From: an uncultured bacterium
GTDB taxonomy: Bacteria; Babelota; Babeliae; Babelales; Vermiphilaceae
DNA: 64,000 nt
Assembly: GCA_963713925.1 (NCBI GenBank)
Contig: OY970212.1
Span: 1 to 64,000, forward strand
Direction: 5' to 3'
The notes below the pieces were generated by a model that was given only the letters and a program-made list of their open reading frames with translations, had not been told where the DNA came from and did not search any database. A program made the translations under genes and the position numbers. The stretch's first letter is position 1. Each line of letters starts with the position of its first letter. This document shows, piece by piece, positions 9,365 through 19,221 of this stretch.

Positions 9365-10225
9365 ATGCAACTGATATCCGCATGGAAAAATTCATTACGA
9401 TCTTTGAACTTTGAAAATGTAAAGCAACTTTTCAGAAACGTATTAACAGCACTCCCTCGCATCTATGGTAACTGGTTGGTATACAGCTTGCCTATTATTG
9501 CCTTAATTGCTCTTATTACGTTTATACATTTGAAATTTGTCCGAGACATATTGTATTCAGAACAATTGCTTCTATTATCAATATCGCTTTTGAGCTGCTT
9601 TGCGGCGATAACATTGTGCGCAATAACAATAGATGCTCTTTACCATCGAAAGTTTCATTTTGCATCATATAAAAAACATTTGATAATCGGAACTGTGTTG
9701 CTTGCGATTCCGGTCTTTTTGGTATGGTGGTATATCTCACCTATTTCATTATTTGAGAAACTTTTTAAAAGCCATATTGTTTTTTATCAAAAAATGGCGC
9801 CAAAATTAGTCGCCGGTAAACATATTTCCCCCGAGTTCTTTAAATCTTTTGAACAAGATGTCCCTCGTCAAATCTTTTTACTCACACTATCTATACTGTG
9901 CATGGGGTTGACAATTCTCATGCAATTCGGTTCATACATACTCTTTTTCTTTTTGGATACGACAGGTTCATTGCAAGACTTCCTCAAAACTATCCTCAAA
10001 ACTATCCGATTTATTTTTGTGAATTTACCATTCCTCGCTGTTTTTTACGTAACAATTCTCGGTTCAATATTTTTATTTAACCGTGTCTTAAATCTCGATG
10101 CACTGCTTGGTGATAACTTTTACTGGGCGATATTCTTGTACATCATAGAACCGATTCTTTTAATGCCAATTTTTGTCGCACTTGCCGGTGCGATTTATAA
10201 GCAGTATAAAGATCGGACAATGTAA
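9365..10225 (+). CDS. multi-pass membrane protein
   Basis: multiple hydrophobic helices; GAGGAG RBS; N-terminus MQLIS shared with the 11502-12278 gene. Confidence 0.7.
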   Translation: MQLISAWKNSLRSLNFENVKQLFRNVLTALPRIYGNWLVYSLPIIALIALITFIHLKFVRDILYSEQLLLLSISLLSCFAAITLCAITIDALYHRKFHFASYKKHLIIGTVLLAIPVFLVWWYISPISLFEKLFKSHIVFYQKMAPKLVAGKHISPEFFKSFEQDVPRQIFLLTLSILCMGLTILMQFGSYILFFFLDTTGSLQDFLKTILKTIRFIFVNLPFLAVFYVTILGSIFLFNRVLNLDALLGDNFYWAIFLYIIEPILLMPIFVALAGAIYKQYKDRTM

Positions 10226-10303
10226 ACAATCGGGCGCCTCTCAATTCATCGTGCCATCTCAAAAATTTTTTCCCGCAAAGCATGAGCAATCGGAGTATTT
10301 GTG

Positions 10304-10332
10304 TTCACATTCGTGCAAAAGCATGGTAGATT
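10304..10332 (+). promoter_or_regulatory. second copy of the putative toxin promoter
   Basis: TTCACA-17 nt-TAGATT; 10298-10343 nearly identical to 4520-4564. Confidence 0.5.
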
Positions 10333-10430
10333 TCTGCCGAAAACGACGTTACGTATTGTGAAGTTCCCATCCAAATAATTTTTCGGGCGGTAAAACCGAA
10401 GATTTTATCGCCCGATTAGGTAGTGCGCAC

Positions 10431-10842
10431 ATGAACAAAATATTCAGTCAAAATATCTTCTTTTTCACCCTATTTTCTTTGTATTCACACAACATATTGC
10501 CGGGCTTTCCCGCAGGAACGCCGGTAAAAACAGCAACCGGATGTTTTTAATCCTGAAGACCATCCGCGCGGTAAATATGTTCCATCACCAAAGCATCACA
10601 AACACAGCAAAGGCGATGTAAGCAAAGCACCCAAAGATGGTCAAAAAGCATTAGACAATTCGGTTGAAATAAAAGATTCAACTGAACGGGTCGCTGTTGT
10701 TGATGGTGAAATTGTTGTGTTAAAACTCACACAAACTGGGGTATATCATGGATACGTTACTGATAAACTGGATAAATACCAAGAAGATGCACTTAAAGAT
10801 GCTGGACAATTAACAAAAACGGGTAAAATACCAAAAACATGA
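10431..10842 (+). pseudogene. internally deleted, out-of-frame paralog of the Hint toxin (signal peptide plus orphan toxin tip)
   Basis: 10431-10550 encodes MNKIFSQNIFFFTLFSLYSHNILPGFPAGTPVKTATGCF*; the +1 frame 10540-10842 encodes an uninterrupted 100-aa copy of the toxin tip. Confidence 0.85.
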
Positions 10843-11468
10843 AAAATCTCAAACGCACCGTAATATTTCCTTTTAATATGCATGGACAATTTAAGATTCG
10901 TTTACTCGAAGTTTCCTTTGGAAACTTAACCCCGTTCGATTGGGGCATTGCGTATGTATATTTAGGCAATTTATCTCTAGAATTAACGACGTGTCATATT
11001 CGTGAAACCATGGATATGATACGAAATAAAATGGACAGAATTCTAAATCAAGGATTTAAACTACCTCCGACCGATAAAGATATTGGTTTATACTCTAATG
11101 ATTATTTTCAAGAGAAATCTGATCTCGATCCAAAAATTATTGAAAAACTGCCGTATTGTTGGATTCTTTCATCTACTTCAAATGACCCACAATTAACCAG
11201 CACATGGCTTTACATGGATGCTAACGATAATATCATTTTTGAAGTAACACCCACATATCCTTGGTATTATTGGCACAAGCCAAAAACTAAAAAAGAAAAA
11301 GCCGAATATATCACTTACGAAGAATTCGTAAATTCATACAAGCCTTTAGTAAAAGTTGAACTATCCAAAGAAACCGCTCAACAATGGCTCAAGCAAGCCA
11401 ATGAAATTATCACGCTCTTGGAAGCAAATTATCAAAAAATGAAAGATCGCGGAGAGATTTCGGAATAA
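10839..11468 (+). CDS. putative immunity protein, paralog of 6169-6810
   Basis: shares NDPQLT.TWLY.D.NDNIIFEVTP.YPW and KPKTKKEKAEYITYEEFV; ATGA overlap with toxin-tip stop. Confidence 0.7.
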   Translation: MKNLKRTVIFPFNMHGQFKIRLLEVSFGNLTPFDWGIAYVYLGNLSLELTTCHIRETMDMIRNKMDRILNQGFKLPPTDKDIGLYSNDYFQEKSDLDPKIIEKLPYCWILSSTSNDPQLTSTWLYMDANDNIIFEVTPTYPWYYWHKPKTKKEKAEYITYEEFVNSYKPLVKVELSKETAQQWLKQANEIITLLEANYQKMKDRGEISE

Positions 11469-11501
11469 CAAACCATCGCTCTTACCTTTCTCACACTTTT
11501 T

Positions 11502-12278
11502 CTATTTTTCATAGTCTTTCGGTAGCTGACCATAGGTCGCATTCCAAGCAAGTGTCGCAGCAAAATAACCTGCAACCGCATTAATAATACCTGTGCTAAA
11601 AACTGATGCGACTGTGTTGGCGAAATTGACGATTGACAAAGTTGGGATGCTTGGAGCGATACGAGTCGCAATGAACAATAGTATATAAGCAATTGCTCCT
11701 ACCACACTAAGCAACAAAAACATGCTCACAAACTGAAACAATGCAAACACTATAACAGCCAAGATTATTTTAGGTGCAGAAGTAATCCACTGACGCAATA
11801 TCGAGACAAACGATTCTTTTTTCAGAGCGCTCAAGGCAAGTAGATAAGAAAAAAATATATGAACAAATCCTATGATCATTAAGAATAAAAATGCTTGGAG
11901 TCCTTTCTCCGGTGTTATTGTGGTATTTGCCGCCATTGTACCTGACTCCGAGCTGATACAATTAAGAATGGCAATGAGTATAATCGGCACAATGATATAG
12001 GGAGAGCAACTTACAAAATAAGATACTGCCGCTTTCACGTTTGGCTTGTGGTTACCAAATCGAACAAAAGCATAGCAAAGCGCAAGTACGGTAAAGAGGG
12101 CTTGTGCGCAATCATAAACGATTGAATGAGGAAAATTTGCAAACCATACGTGCGCCAGCTCAAAACCAATGCCAGCCAGCATTGCAATAATCAAAAATAT
12201 GCCCGACATATCTTTGAGGGTTAAGGCAAAACTTTTGAAAAATATATGCGCGCTTTTGGATACTGAAATCAGTTGCAT
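11502..12278 (-). CDS. multi-pass membrane protein
   Basis: about six hydrophobic helices; layout similar to 9365 and 12525 genes. Confidence 0.7.
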   Translation of the reverse strand: MQLISVSKSAHIFFKSFALTLKDMSGIFLIIAMLAGIGFELAHVWFANFPHSIVYDCAQALFTVLALCYAFVRFGNHKPNVKAAVSYFVSCSPYIIVPIILIAILNCISSESGTMAANTTITPEKGLQAFLFLMIIGFVHIFFSYLLALSALKKESFVSILRQWITSAPKIILAVIVFALFQFVSMFLLLSVVGAIAYILLFIATRIAPSIPTLSIVNFANTVASVFSTGIINAVAGYFAATLAWNATYGQLPKDYEK

Positions 12279-12524
12279 ATAGGAATCCTTTAATAATTAT
12301 TTTTAACTAACATCGACACATTGCTTGTTTTGAGAAACAAATTTCAAAAAAATAAAGTGATCGTGCTAAAACCGACACTATCTTCTATCAAATAGATGAA
12401 TTTTGCAACTACAACTAATTAAATGAAAAACAATCGTCTCTGACTTTGACTCACAAAACAAACCTATTGCTTTTGAATCTTTTATTTTTATACGATGTGA
12501 TAAAAATGAAAACAGGAGAAAGCC

Positions 12525-13307
12525 ATGAATATAGTATTAATTCACAAAGCAATCAACATAGCTGCAAGAAGTTTTGATTGGGTACTCAAAAATAAACAAA
12601 TCTTGCTCATTATTCTCGTGGGATCGGCCCTTTTCTCCGCATTGGAAATGGGAATACTATTTTTTTATCCTGATCTTGGCAATGGCTTTTTTTCAATTTC
12701 TTCAAAGATAGCGATCCTTCTTCTGCAGCTCTTTGTTCTGTTTTATGCAAAAAATATTTTTGAAGGAAAACATGAATCAATGCATGCCATTGTTGGGCAG
12801 ATGCTGAAACGCTTTTTACACATTGTTCCTGCACTCATTGCTGTCATACTTTTGGGCAACATATCATCTTCATATTTCATCACACAAGGAGGAATTGCAT
12901 CATCGATAGTAGATGGAGCCTTGTTTATTTTTTACACGCTCGCATTGTATCTTTTGAGTGTTACTGTTATGCATCATGGCTCATTTACCGGAGCGATGCA
13001 TCATTGGTTGAACAGAATTCCAACGATTGCCCCCGCAGCCCTCATTGGTCGATTTATGTTTTTTGTCTTTGTAACTATTATAGGCCTTATCTCCGTCATG
13101 TTGGGAGTATCGCTTTTCTCGTTGACAGGATTCTTGGGATCTAACGGTTCTTTGATAGTGAAATCTTCTCTTTTTGCCTTTATCACTCTTATCGCAACGA
13201 GCATTTTTGCCAGTATTATTTTTGCCGCAGAAGCCTATTTCCTGGCACAACTCGGTTGGTTCAGCATTCATAACCGGTTCGCAGAATCAGAAAACGCACA
13301 CCGCTGA
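12525..13307 (+). CDS. multi-pass membrane protein
   Basis: about six hydrophobic helices; AGGAGA RBS. Confidence 0.7.
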   Translation: MNIVLIHKAINIAARSFDWVLKNKQILLIILVGSALFSALEMGILFFYPDLGNGFFSISSKIAILLLQLFVLFYAKNIFEGKHESMHAIVGQMLKRFLHIVPALIAVILLGNISSSYFITQGGIASSIVDGALFIFYTLALYLLSVTVMHHGSFTGAMHHWLNRIPTIAPAALIGRFMFFVFVTIIGLISVMLGVSLFSLTGFLGSNGSLIVKSSLFAFITLIATSIFASIIFAAEAYFLAQLGWFSIHNRFAESENAHR

Positions 13308-14446
13308 CATTTTGGCAGTTTATATGTCTGTTCAAGAAATTCTGCAGTCGGTTGGGTGAGCGCGAAATATTTCTCTCCTTGCGCGGCTAATGCGCTATTG
13401 TATGGCACACCATATTTTTTATAAAATGCATGCACCGCTGATTCATATATTTTTTTATCATCTGTATTGACCATGTACCCTGGATGAAATGCATGTTTGA
13501 GTACAAGCAGATGCACCTTTTTGTGCCCACGTTCGCGCAAGCGGTTGTACAAATAAAAAGTGCATTGTGGCCAAATGAGCCCATCTTTCAGCGAAATGAC
13601 AATCAAAAGCGGCACATCATCAGAAATAATTTCAGCGCTCATGCGCGGACAGATTCCATCTTCTTTGTAGCTTCCGAGGGTAAACTTTGCTGTATCATAT
13701 AATCGTTTTTCTTCATTAGCTGTTTTGTCAGTATACAAAAAGTGTTTTATTGCATGTTGGAGTTCATCGAATACTCCATCCAAAACAGCTGCTTTAACAT
13801 TCGCCGGCTTGTGATGAGCGATAAAACTGAAAATGGTTGCTGCTCCGCGAGAATCGCCATATAAAACAATATCATGTTCCGGATAGAATGTGCGGTGTTG
13901 ATTGTAGGTATCTTGTAATGCTTTGATGTCTAATGCTTGACCAAGATTTGCTTTTGAAAAATTAAAGCTGTAGTTGATGACTGAAAGCAGTGAGTTTGGA
14001 TTATCTTCAACAGTGAAATCAAAAGTATCTTGCATGAAACGTTGCGCAAGCGGCGCTAAATCGGAGCGTATGCCATTGATATAGGCTGTTATCGGATTAA
14101 ACGTAAAATATCCCGGCTTTCTCATATCAATTTCAGGAAACACAACAGCGCTGTGTGGATGATCTATCACATGCCCGCCCGATCGCCAGATCACTTTTTC
14201 TCCCGTCGCAGCAGTAAATGCAGGACAGTAGCGACCCATCATGAGCTCCGACCCTTGAAAGCCCGGTGCATATATGTAAGAGATCGGCGTTGATGCTGGT
14301 CGAACATCAAAAAAATCTGAAAGTTGAACCGGCTGCGCTTTTGTCTGAATGAGACCGGTTTGTTTGCCGCATCCGGACAACAGTATCATCATCGTTAAGA
14401 GCGCAGAGAGCTGAATGTTTGTTTTCGCAAAATGGCTTTGTGTCAT
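13268..14446 (-). CDS. alpha/beta-hydrolase, putative lipoprotein
   Basis: GDSRG nucleophile elbow; LLSGC lipobox; AAAGGAG RBS before ATG at 14446. Confidence 0.7.
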   Translation of the reverse strand: MTQSHFAKTNIQLSALLTMMILLSGCGKQTGLIQTKAQPVQLSDFFDVRPASTPISYIYAPGFQGSELMMGRYCPAFTAATGEKVIWRSGGHVIDHPHSAVVFPEIDMRKPGYFTFNPITAYINGIRSDLAPLAQRFMQDTFDFTVEDNPNSLLSVINYSFNFSKANLGQALDIKALQDTYNQHRTFYPEHDIVLYGDSRGAATIFSFIAHHKPANVKAAVLDGVFDELQHAIKHFLYTDKTANEEKRLYDTAKFTLGSYKEDGICPRMSAEIISDDVPLLIVISLKDGLIWPQCTFYLYNRLRERGHKKVHLLVLKHAFHPGYMVNTDDKKIYESAVHAFYKKYGVPYNSALAAQGEKYFALTQPTAEFLEQTYKLPKCQRCAFSDSANRL

Positions 14447-14568
14447 TATGTCTCCTTTTACGATAGCTCTGTATGAGCGTCTGACCACAAACAGTTTTTT
14501 TGTATTGTAAGTGGATTACAAAAGTTCGTATACTCTTTTCTAAGCTTTTAACGAAAGGAATATTGAGC

Positions 14569-14955
14569 ATGAGCAAAACTCAAACAGCACATGGTTTTTT
14601 TGATCGCCTCAAAGAGTATGCGGCAGATCTCTATGCCAAAGCGCAAGAATCGCAACAATCCTTGATTACATTCTTGTTGTCATTTGGCGTAGGATTTATT
14701 TCTGGTTTTTTACTCAAACGATACGCTCAATATATTTTTATCTCTGCCCTGTTTATTATTGGCTTGTTCGTTTTGCAACAGACTGATTTTATTACCATTT
14801 CATGGAACACTGCCAAATTAGAACAATTATTTGGTATTAAGTCAGTGACTGTGACATCAGATTTGTTTTCCGTGATATGGGCATGGGTACGAGCAAATGT
14901 CGGAGTGACGATCTGTTTTATTATTGGTGTTATGATTGGGATTAAATTAGCATAA
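14569..14955 (+). CDS. FUN14-family membrane protein
   Basis: GVGFISGFLLKR...LQQTDFITISW pattern and Gly-rich C-terminal helix. Confidence 0.6.
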   Translation: MSKTQTAHGFFDRLKEYAADLYAKAQESQQSLITFLLSFGVGFISGFLLKRYAQYIFISALFIIGLFVLQQTDFITISWNTAKLEQLFGIKSVTVTSDLFSVIWAWVRANVGVTICFIIGVMIGIKLA

Positions 14956-14965
14956 AGGAGTTGTA

Positions 14966-15514
14966 ATGGCAGAGAAAAATCCGGGATTTGCAGTCAAATT
15001 TGCAGATCAATTGGCAGAACTCAAAATAGTAACTGCTCAAGAGGCTGAAGATTTAAAAGAAGGATTTGCAAAATCAGGCCGTGATAATTTTATCGATTTC
15101 TTACTTGAAGAAGAGATCATCGACAAAGAGGATATTCTTGAAGCACTTAGCGAATATTATGAGGTGCCTTCTTTTGATACTGATGGATATTTCTTTGATC
15201 ATCTGCTTTTGCGCGATTTCCCCAAAGATTTTCTCATGCGACATGAGATCGTTCCCCTTGAAATTGATCAAACTATTCTGGTGGTCGTTGCTGCAAATCC
15301 GGCTGATTCCAATTTGTTGCCTGCAATTGGAAAAATAGCTCCCTATGAAATTGAATTTTATGTTGGCATAGCACAAGACATTCAAGATGCGATTCGTGAT
15401 TTTTATGATAAATCGCTCACGGAAGATGACCCTGATTTAGAAAATGATCCGGCATACGAAGAGGAAGAAAAAGCGGATCTTGACGAGCTTGAGCGCGAAG
15501 ACCTTGAGGAGTAA
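14966..15514 (+). CDS. stand-alone GspE/PilB N-terminal domain protein
   Basis: LLEEEIIDKEDILEALSEYYEVP, EIVPL...LVVVAANP pattern; acidic tail; directly upstream of the ATPase domain gene. Confidence 0.75.
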   Translation: MAEKNPGFAVKFADQLAELKIVTAQEAEDLKEGFAKSGRDNFIDFLLEEEIIDKEDILEALSEYYEVPSFDTDGYFFDHLLLRDFPKDFLMRHEIVPLEIDQTILVVVAANPADSNLLPAIGKIAPYEIEFYVGIAQDIQDAIRDFYDKSLTEDDPDLENDPAYEEEEKADLDELEREDLEE

Positions 15515-15517
15515 CAC

Positions 15518-16702
15518 ATGCAAGTGGAATCAGCTTATGCCCCGGGCGCGTTGGAAGCCCCGGTTGTTCGGTTTGTCGACACGATGATTAATCAAGCAAT
15601 CCTGCAAAGCGCGTCTGATATCCATGTCGAGCCGATGCGAACCCATGTTACTATTCGCTTTCGTATCGATGGCATCTTGCATGATCAACAACTGGTGGAA
15701 TTATCATATAAACAACGCATTGTATCTCGCATTAAAATTTTGGCTTCTATTGACATATCTCAGAGCAGATTGCCGCAAGATGGGCGATTTGGTATGAAAA
15801 TAGGAGCGCGTGACATCGATTTTCGAGTTTCCACCTTTCCCGTCGAATGGGGAGAGAAAGTTGTTATACGAATCTTAGACCGCTCAGCGCAAATGATTGC
15901 GCTCGATCAACTCGGCTTTAGCCAACAAATGCATCAACAATTAATGACTCTTTTACAAAAGTCACAAGGCTTTTTCCTGATTTCTGGGCCGACTGGCTCA
16001 GGAAAAACAACAACATTATACGCTGCTCTTTCACTGTTGAACAAAAAAGAATCTCATATCATCACGCTCGAAGATCCGGTTGAATATCGCCTTGATGGCG
16101 TTATGCAAAGCCATATCAACCCTGAAATTGGATTCACCTTTGTTTCCGGGTTGCGCTCACTGTTGCGTCAAGATCCCGATGTTGTCATGGTTGGCGAAAT
16201 TCGTGACCCAGAAACAGCCCGCATCGCCGTGCAAGCATCACTCACCGGACATTTTGTGTTGAGCACGATCCACACCAATGATGCTCCAAGCGCCATTATA
16301 CGATTGCGCGATATGGGTATAGAGCCCTATTTGCTCAGTGCGTCCCTCTCGGGAATCGTCGCCCAAAGGCTTGTGCGAAAATTGTGCCAAGCATGCAAAG
16401 CGGAGCGATCAGCGCATGATTTTGAGAAAGAATTTTTTACATCCCAAAGTATGATGCTTGAGTCTGTATACGATGCTCCCGGCTGTTCCGCATGCAAAGG
16501 CAGAGGATATTCAGGGAGAATAGCAGTAGCAGAATATATGATGCTAACCCCAGCAGTACGTTCAATGATTGGAAATGGGGCTCAATATGATCAGATTGTC
16601 GCACAAGCAATCAGAGATGGCATGGCGCCCCTCCTGCATGATGGAATAGCAAAAGCGAAGACCGGGTTGGTAAGCGTCAAAGAACTCATGCGCGCCGCGT
16701 GA
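15518..16702 (+). CDS. GspE/PilB-type secretion/pilus assembly ATPase (C-terminal domains only)
   Basis: ASDIHVEP, RLPQDGR, GPTGSGKTTT, TLEDPVE, LRQDPDVVMVGEIRD, tetra-Cys motif. Confidence 0.93.
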   Translation: MQVESAYAPGALEAPVVRFVDTMINQAILQSASDIHVEPMRTHVTIRFRIDGILHDQQLVELSYKQRIVSRIKILASIDISQSRLPQDGRFGMKIGARDIDFRVSTFPVEWGEKVVIRILDRSAQMIALDQLGFSQQMHQQLMTLLQKSQGFFLISGPTGSGKTTTLYAALSLLNKKESHIITLEDPVEYRLDGVMQSHINPEIGFTFVSGLRSLLRQDPDVVMVGEIRDPETARIAVQASLTGHFVLSTIHTNDAPSAIIRLRDMGIEPYLLSASLSGIVAQRLVRKLCQACKAERSAHDFEKEFFTSQSMMLESVYDAPGCSACKGRGYSGRIAVAEYMMLTPAVRSMIGNGAQYDQIVAQAIRDGMAPLLHDGIAKAKTGLVSVKELMRAA

Positions 16703-16809
16703 GAAATCGTCAGAGATATGGCTCTTTCGAGTCAGGTTCTCATCGCTCCCAGCACATCACAAATCTGCCAGCCACCGAGCTATTTCTTCTTGAGTTGCCC
16801 CGGATTCTC

Positions 16810-17412
16810 TCAATAATTGCCCGAGATATCCCTTGGTGATTTTCTTAGCTTTTCTTCTAACTGCGAAGCTCGCTTTTCTGACGACCAAACAGTATCCGGG
16901 TCAGTATCTTCTTGAAGCTGTTTTAACGTCTTTGGAGAATCATAAGCGGATACTTCCACTATTCTTTCTGCAAGTCGCTTGATTCCCGTATGCCCTAATG
17001 AACTAGGCATCCCCGGAGCGTCAGCCCGTTTATAATTTGCGAATGCATCCTTGAGTAGAGTTTTAAGTTCCGGATAGTTCATCCCAATAGCGTGATGAGG
17101 GTCCTTCTCCTTTTTCACATAAAAATTGTGAACGAGCTCTTCTATTCTGCTTTTTTCAAGGGGATAGACCAGTGTGCGCTTGTCAGAATCGTCCAATGTT
17201 GGGAAGCGCCCGGTATTATTTTTTCCCAAAATAATTTCCCCCAAGTTAGTTTTTCCCGGAAAGTCAAATCGTTTCCAGTCACCCAAGGCTGGTAAAGTCG
17301 CAATTTCATCTTGCGGTTTCCATTCAAACGAGAAAAAGTCAGCAGCATTTATGTTATAAAAAAATAACATCGGAGCGAACAACATGAAACTGATCAATGT
17401 TGAGTTTTTCAT
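16810..17412 (-). CDS. secreted hypothetical protein
   Basis: signal-like N-terminus MKNSTLISFMLFAP. Confidence 0.55.
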   Translation of the reverse strand: MKNSTLISFMLFAPMLFFYNINAADFFSFEWKPQDEIATLPALGDWKRFDFPGKTNLGEIILGKNNTGRFPTLDDSDKRTLVYPLEKSRIEELVHNFYVKKEKDPHHAIGMNYPELKTLLKDAFANYKRADAPGMPSSLGHTGIKRLAERIVEVSAYDSPKTLKQLQEDTDPDTVWSSEKRASQLEEKLRKSPRDISGNY

Positions 17413-17470
17413 AATAAAATTCCTCACAAAATTCCCCATTGAGTTATAACTATCTTATTTCTTCAATAAA

Positions 17471-17962
17471 CTACCCTCTTGTTCTTTTAAGATCATCCCT
17501 TCCGCGTTCTTTTGCCGGGTTTGAAAGAGCTGAAATGGGGTCGTTCTTCAAATGTTTAAGTGCTTCAAGATTTTCTTTAAGTTGATTGCGCGTTAATAAG
17601 TTGGTGAAAAACTGCGTGAATAGATCAGCATCAAAAGCCGAATCTGCTCGATAAACTTCAAATGTTTTGTTAACGAGTCTTCTGAACTGTATATATGAAA
17701 ATGATGTTGATGATTTGAAATCCAATTTTTCTTTTGCTTGATTAAACGCAGTTTTAAGAGATTCAATTTTTGACTTTTTTTCCCCCGTATCATGCCGGCT
17801 ATTATACATCTTTTCAGCAATTGTATCAATTGCACTCTGAGTAGGAATGATGATATTTTCCTCAGAGACTACGGTCTTCTTTTCATTAAAATCGACAGCT
17901 TTGAATTCGAAAGCAGAAAACAAAAAACATAAAAACATAGTATTCAATACATTACGAATCAT
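17471..17962 (-). CDS. secreted hypothetical protein
   Basis: signal-like N-terminus; AAAGGG RBS. Confidence 0.55.
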   Translation of the reverse strand: MIRNVLNTMFLCFLFSAFEFKAVDFNEKKTVVSEENIIIPTQSAIDTIAEKMYNSRHDTGEKKSKIESLKTAFNQAKEKLDFKSSTSFSYIQFRRLVNKTFEVYRADSAFDADLFTQFFTNLLTRNQLKENLEALKHLKNDPISALSNPAKERGRDDLKRTRG

Positions 17963-18046
17963 ACTATCCCTTTCATGAACTCCTCATACAACATAAAAAT
18001 GTCATATTTCAATCTGAATTTTCAATAAAAGTTTTTAAAGGTATTT

Positions 18047-18535
18047 TTATCCCGGAAAAAGTACCTTTTTTCCTCTTTGCATTTCACACCAAGCTTTTGC
18101 GCCTATGGTAACTCCAACAACCCCTGCGCCTGCTGTCAATACAACCTCGTCTATTTTTCGATTCCGCTCAATGGCCTGGATCCGTTTCTGCTGGCGTATG
18201 ATACGAGCAGCTTTTAGAGGATTTACCCGGGCTTCGGGTATGGTTGCCAGCATATCACACGAAATATTCTTTTTCTCATGGTCGGCAAGCGCTTTGTTTG
18301 TTAATTGAGAAAGGCCGAAACCAATTCCAACCGTCGCAAACCGGTACATTGGATTTTTTTGGTATGTCGCAATACCAACAGATACCAACAATGGAGCATA
18401 TGAAACAGCACGCAATAAAGCATAATCCTGCTGCGAAATTCGACGTTTTTCAAACCGTCGTTTCTTGGGTTTACACGTATCAGTTGCACAAGCAGTTGAA
18501 ACAACGGTAAGCGCCATAAAGAATAGTGTTTTCAT
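18047..18535 (-). CDS. hypothetical exported/membrane protein
   Basis: MKTLFFMALTVVSTACA signal; hydrophobic segments; GGAG RBS. Confidence 0.55.
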   Translation of the reverse strand: MKTLFFMALTVVSTACATDTCKPKKRRFEKRRISQQDYALLRAVSYAPLLVSVGIATYQKNPMYRFATVGIGFGLSQLTNKALADHEKKNISCDMLATIPEARVNPLKAARIIRQQKRIQAIERNRKIDEVVLTAGAGVVGVTIGAKAWCEMQRGKKVLFPG

Positions 18536-18732
18536 GCTCCAATCTCCGTTTTAAATGCTATATAAAAACCTTGGAGATGGTAGTAAGAGTTCACATGAAT
18601 GTCAATAGAGATTGCCACAGCCTATTTGGTAAAAAAGCGCTTCAATTAGCCTTTTTCTTGAATACGAGTATACTAAAAAAGATTTATTACAATTGTTTAT
18701 TACTCCAAATATTCGCTCATAAAGGCGCATCC

Positions 18733-19221
18733 ATGAAATGCATACTGATCAATCTTTGTTTATTTTTCTCGGCGGGAATATCTGCAGCTGACCAGAAGGG
18801 CCAATTTACCTTGTCAGGATTTCCAAATGGAAATCGCATATGCGGTGCGGAATTTTTGGAGAAATTTATAGAAAAAGATAAAGATTCCTCATATTTTTCA
18901 TTTGTTTTTAAAAAAGATAAAGATTTCGAGTATATTTTTAAAAAATGTAATATGCAAGATACTTATACTGGAGCATTCAATGAGGTGCTGGACGCGGCTG
19001 ATTACAAAAAAATGCCCGGTTCTGTCCGTCGACCTTTATTTGATTTGGGCGTTGATTACGGCATAAAAAAACAGAAAAAAAATTGGGAATGGAAAATGAT
19101 AGCTATGTGTACCACTGCCGCCTTCGTTTTTACAGTCGGATTTTCTTGGAGTGGTTATCATGTAGGTAGATGGTATGGTCAGGAAAAAGCGGCAAAAGTT
19201 TCTAATCCAAAGAAAAAATGA
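18733..19221 (+). CDS. hypothetical protein with signal peptide and C-terminal helix
   Basis: MKCILINLCLFFSAGISA signal; ATGA overlap with sufC. Confidence 0.55.
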   Translation: MKCILINLCLFFSAGISAADQKGQFTLSGFPNGNRICGAEFLEKFIEKDKDSSYFSFVFKKDKDFEYIFKKCNMQDTYTGAFNEVLDAADYKKMPGSVRRPLFDLGVDYGIKKQKKNWEWKMIAMCTTAAFVFTVGFSWSGYHVGRWYGQEKAAKVSNPKKK

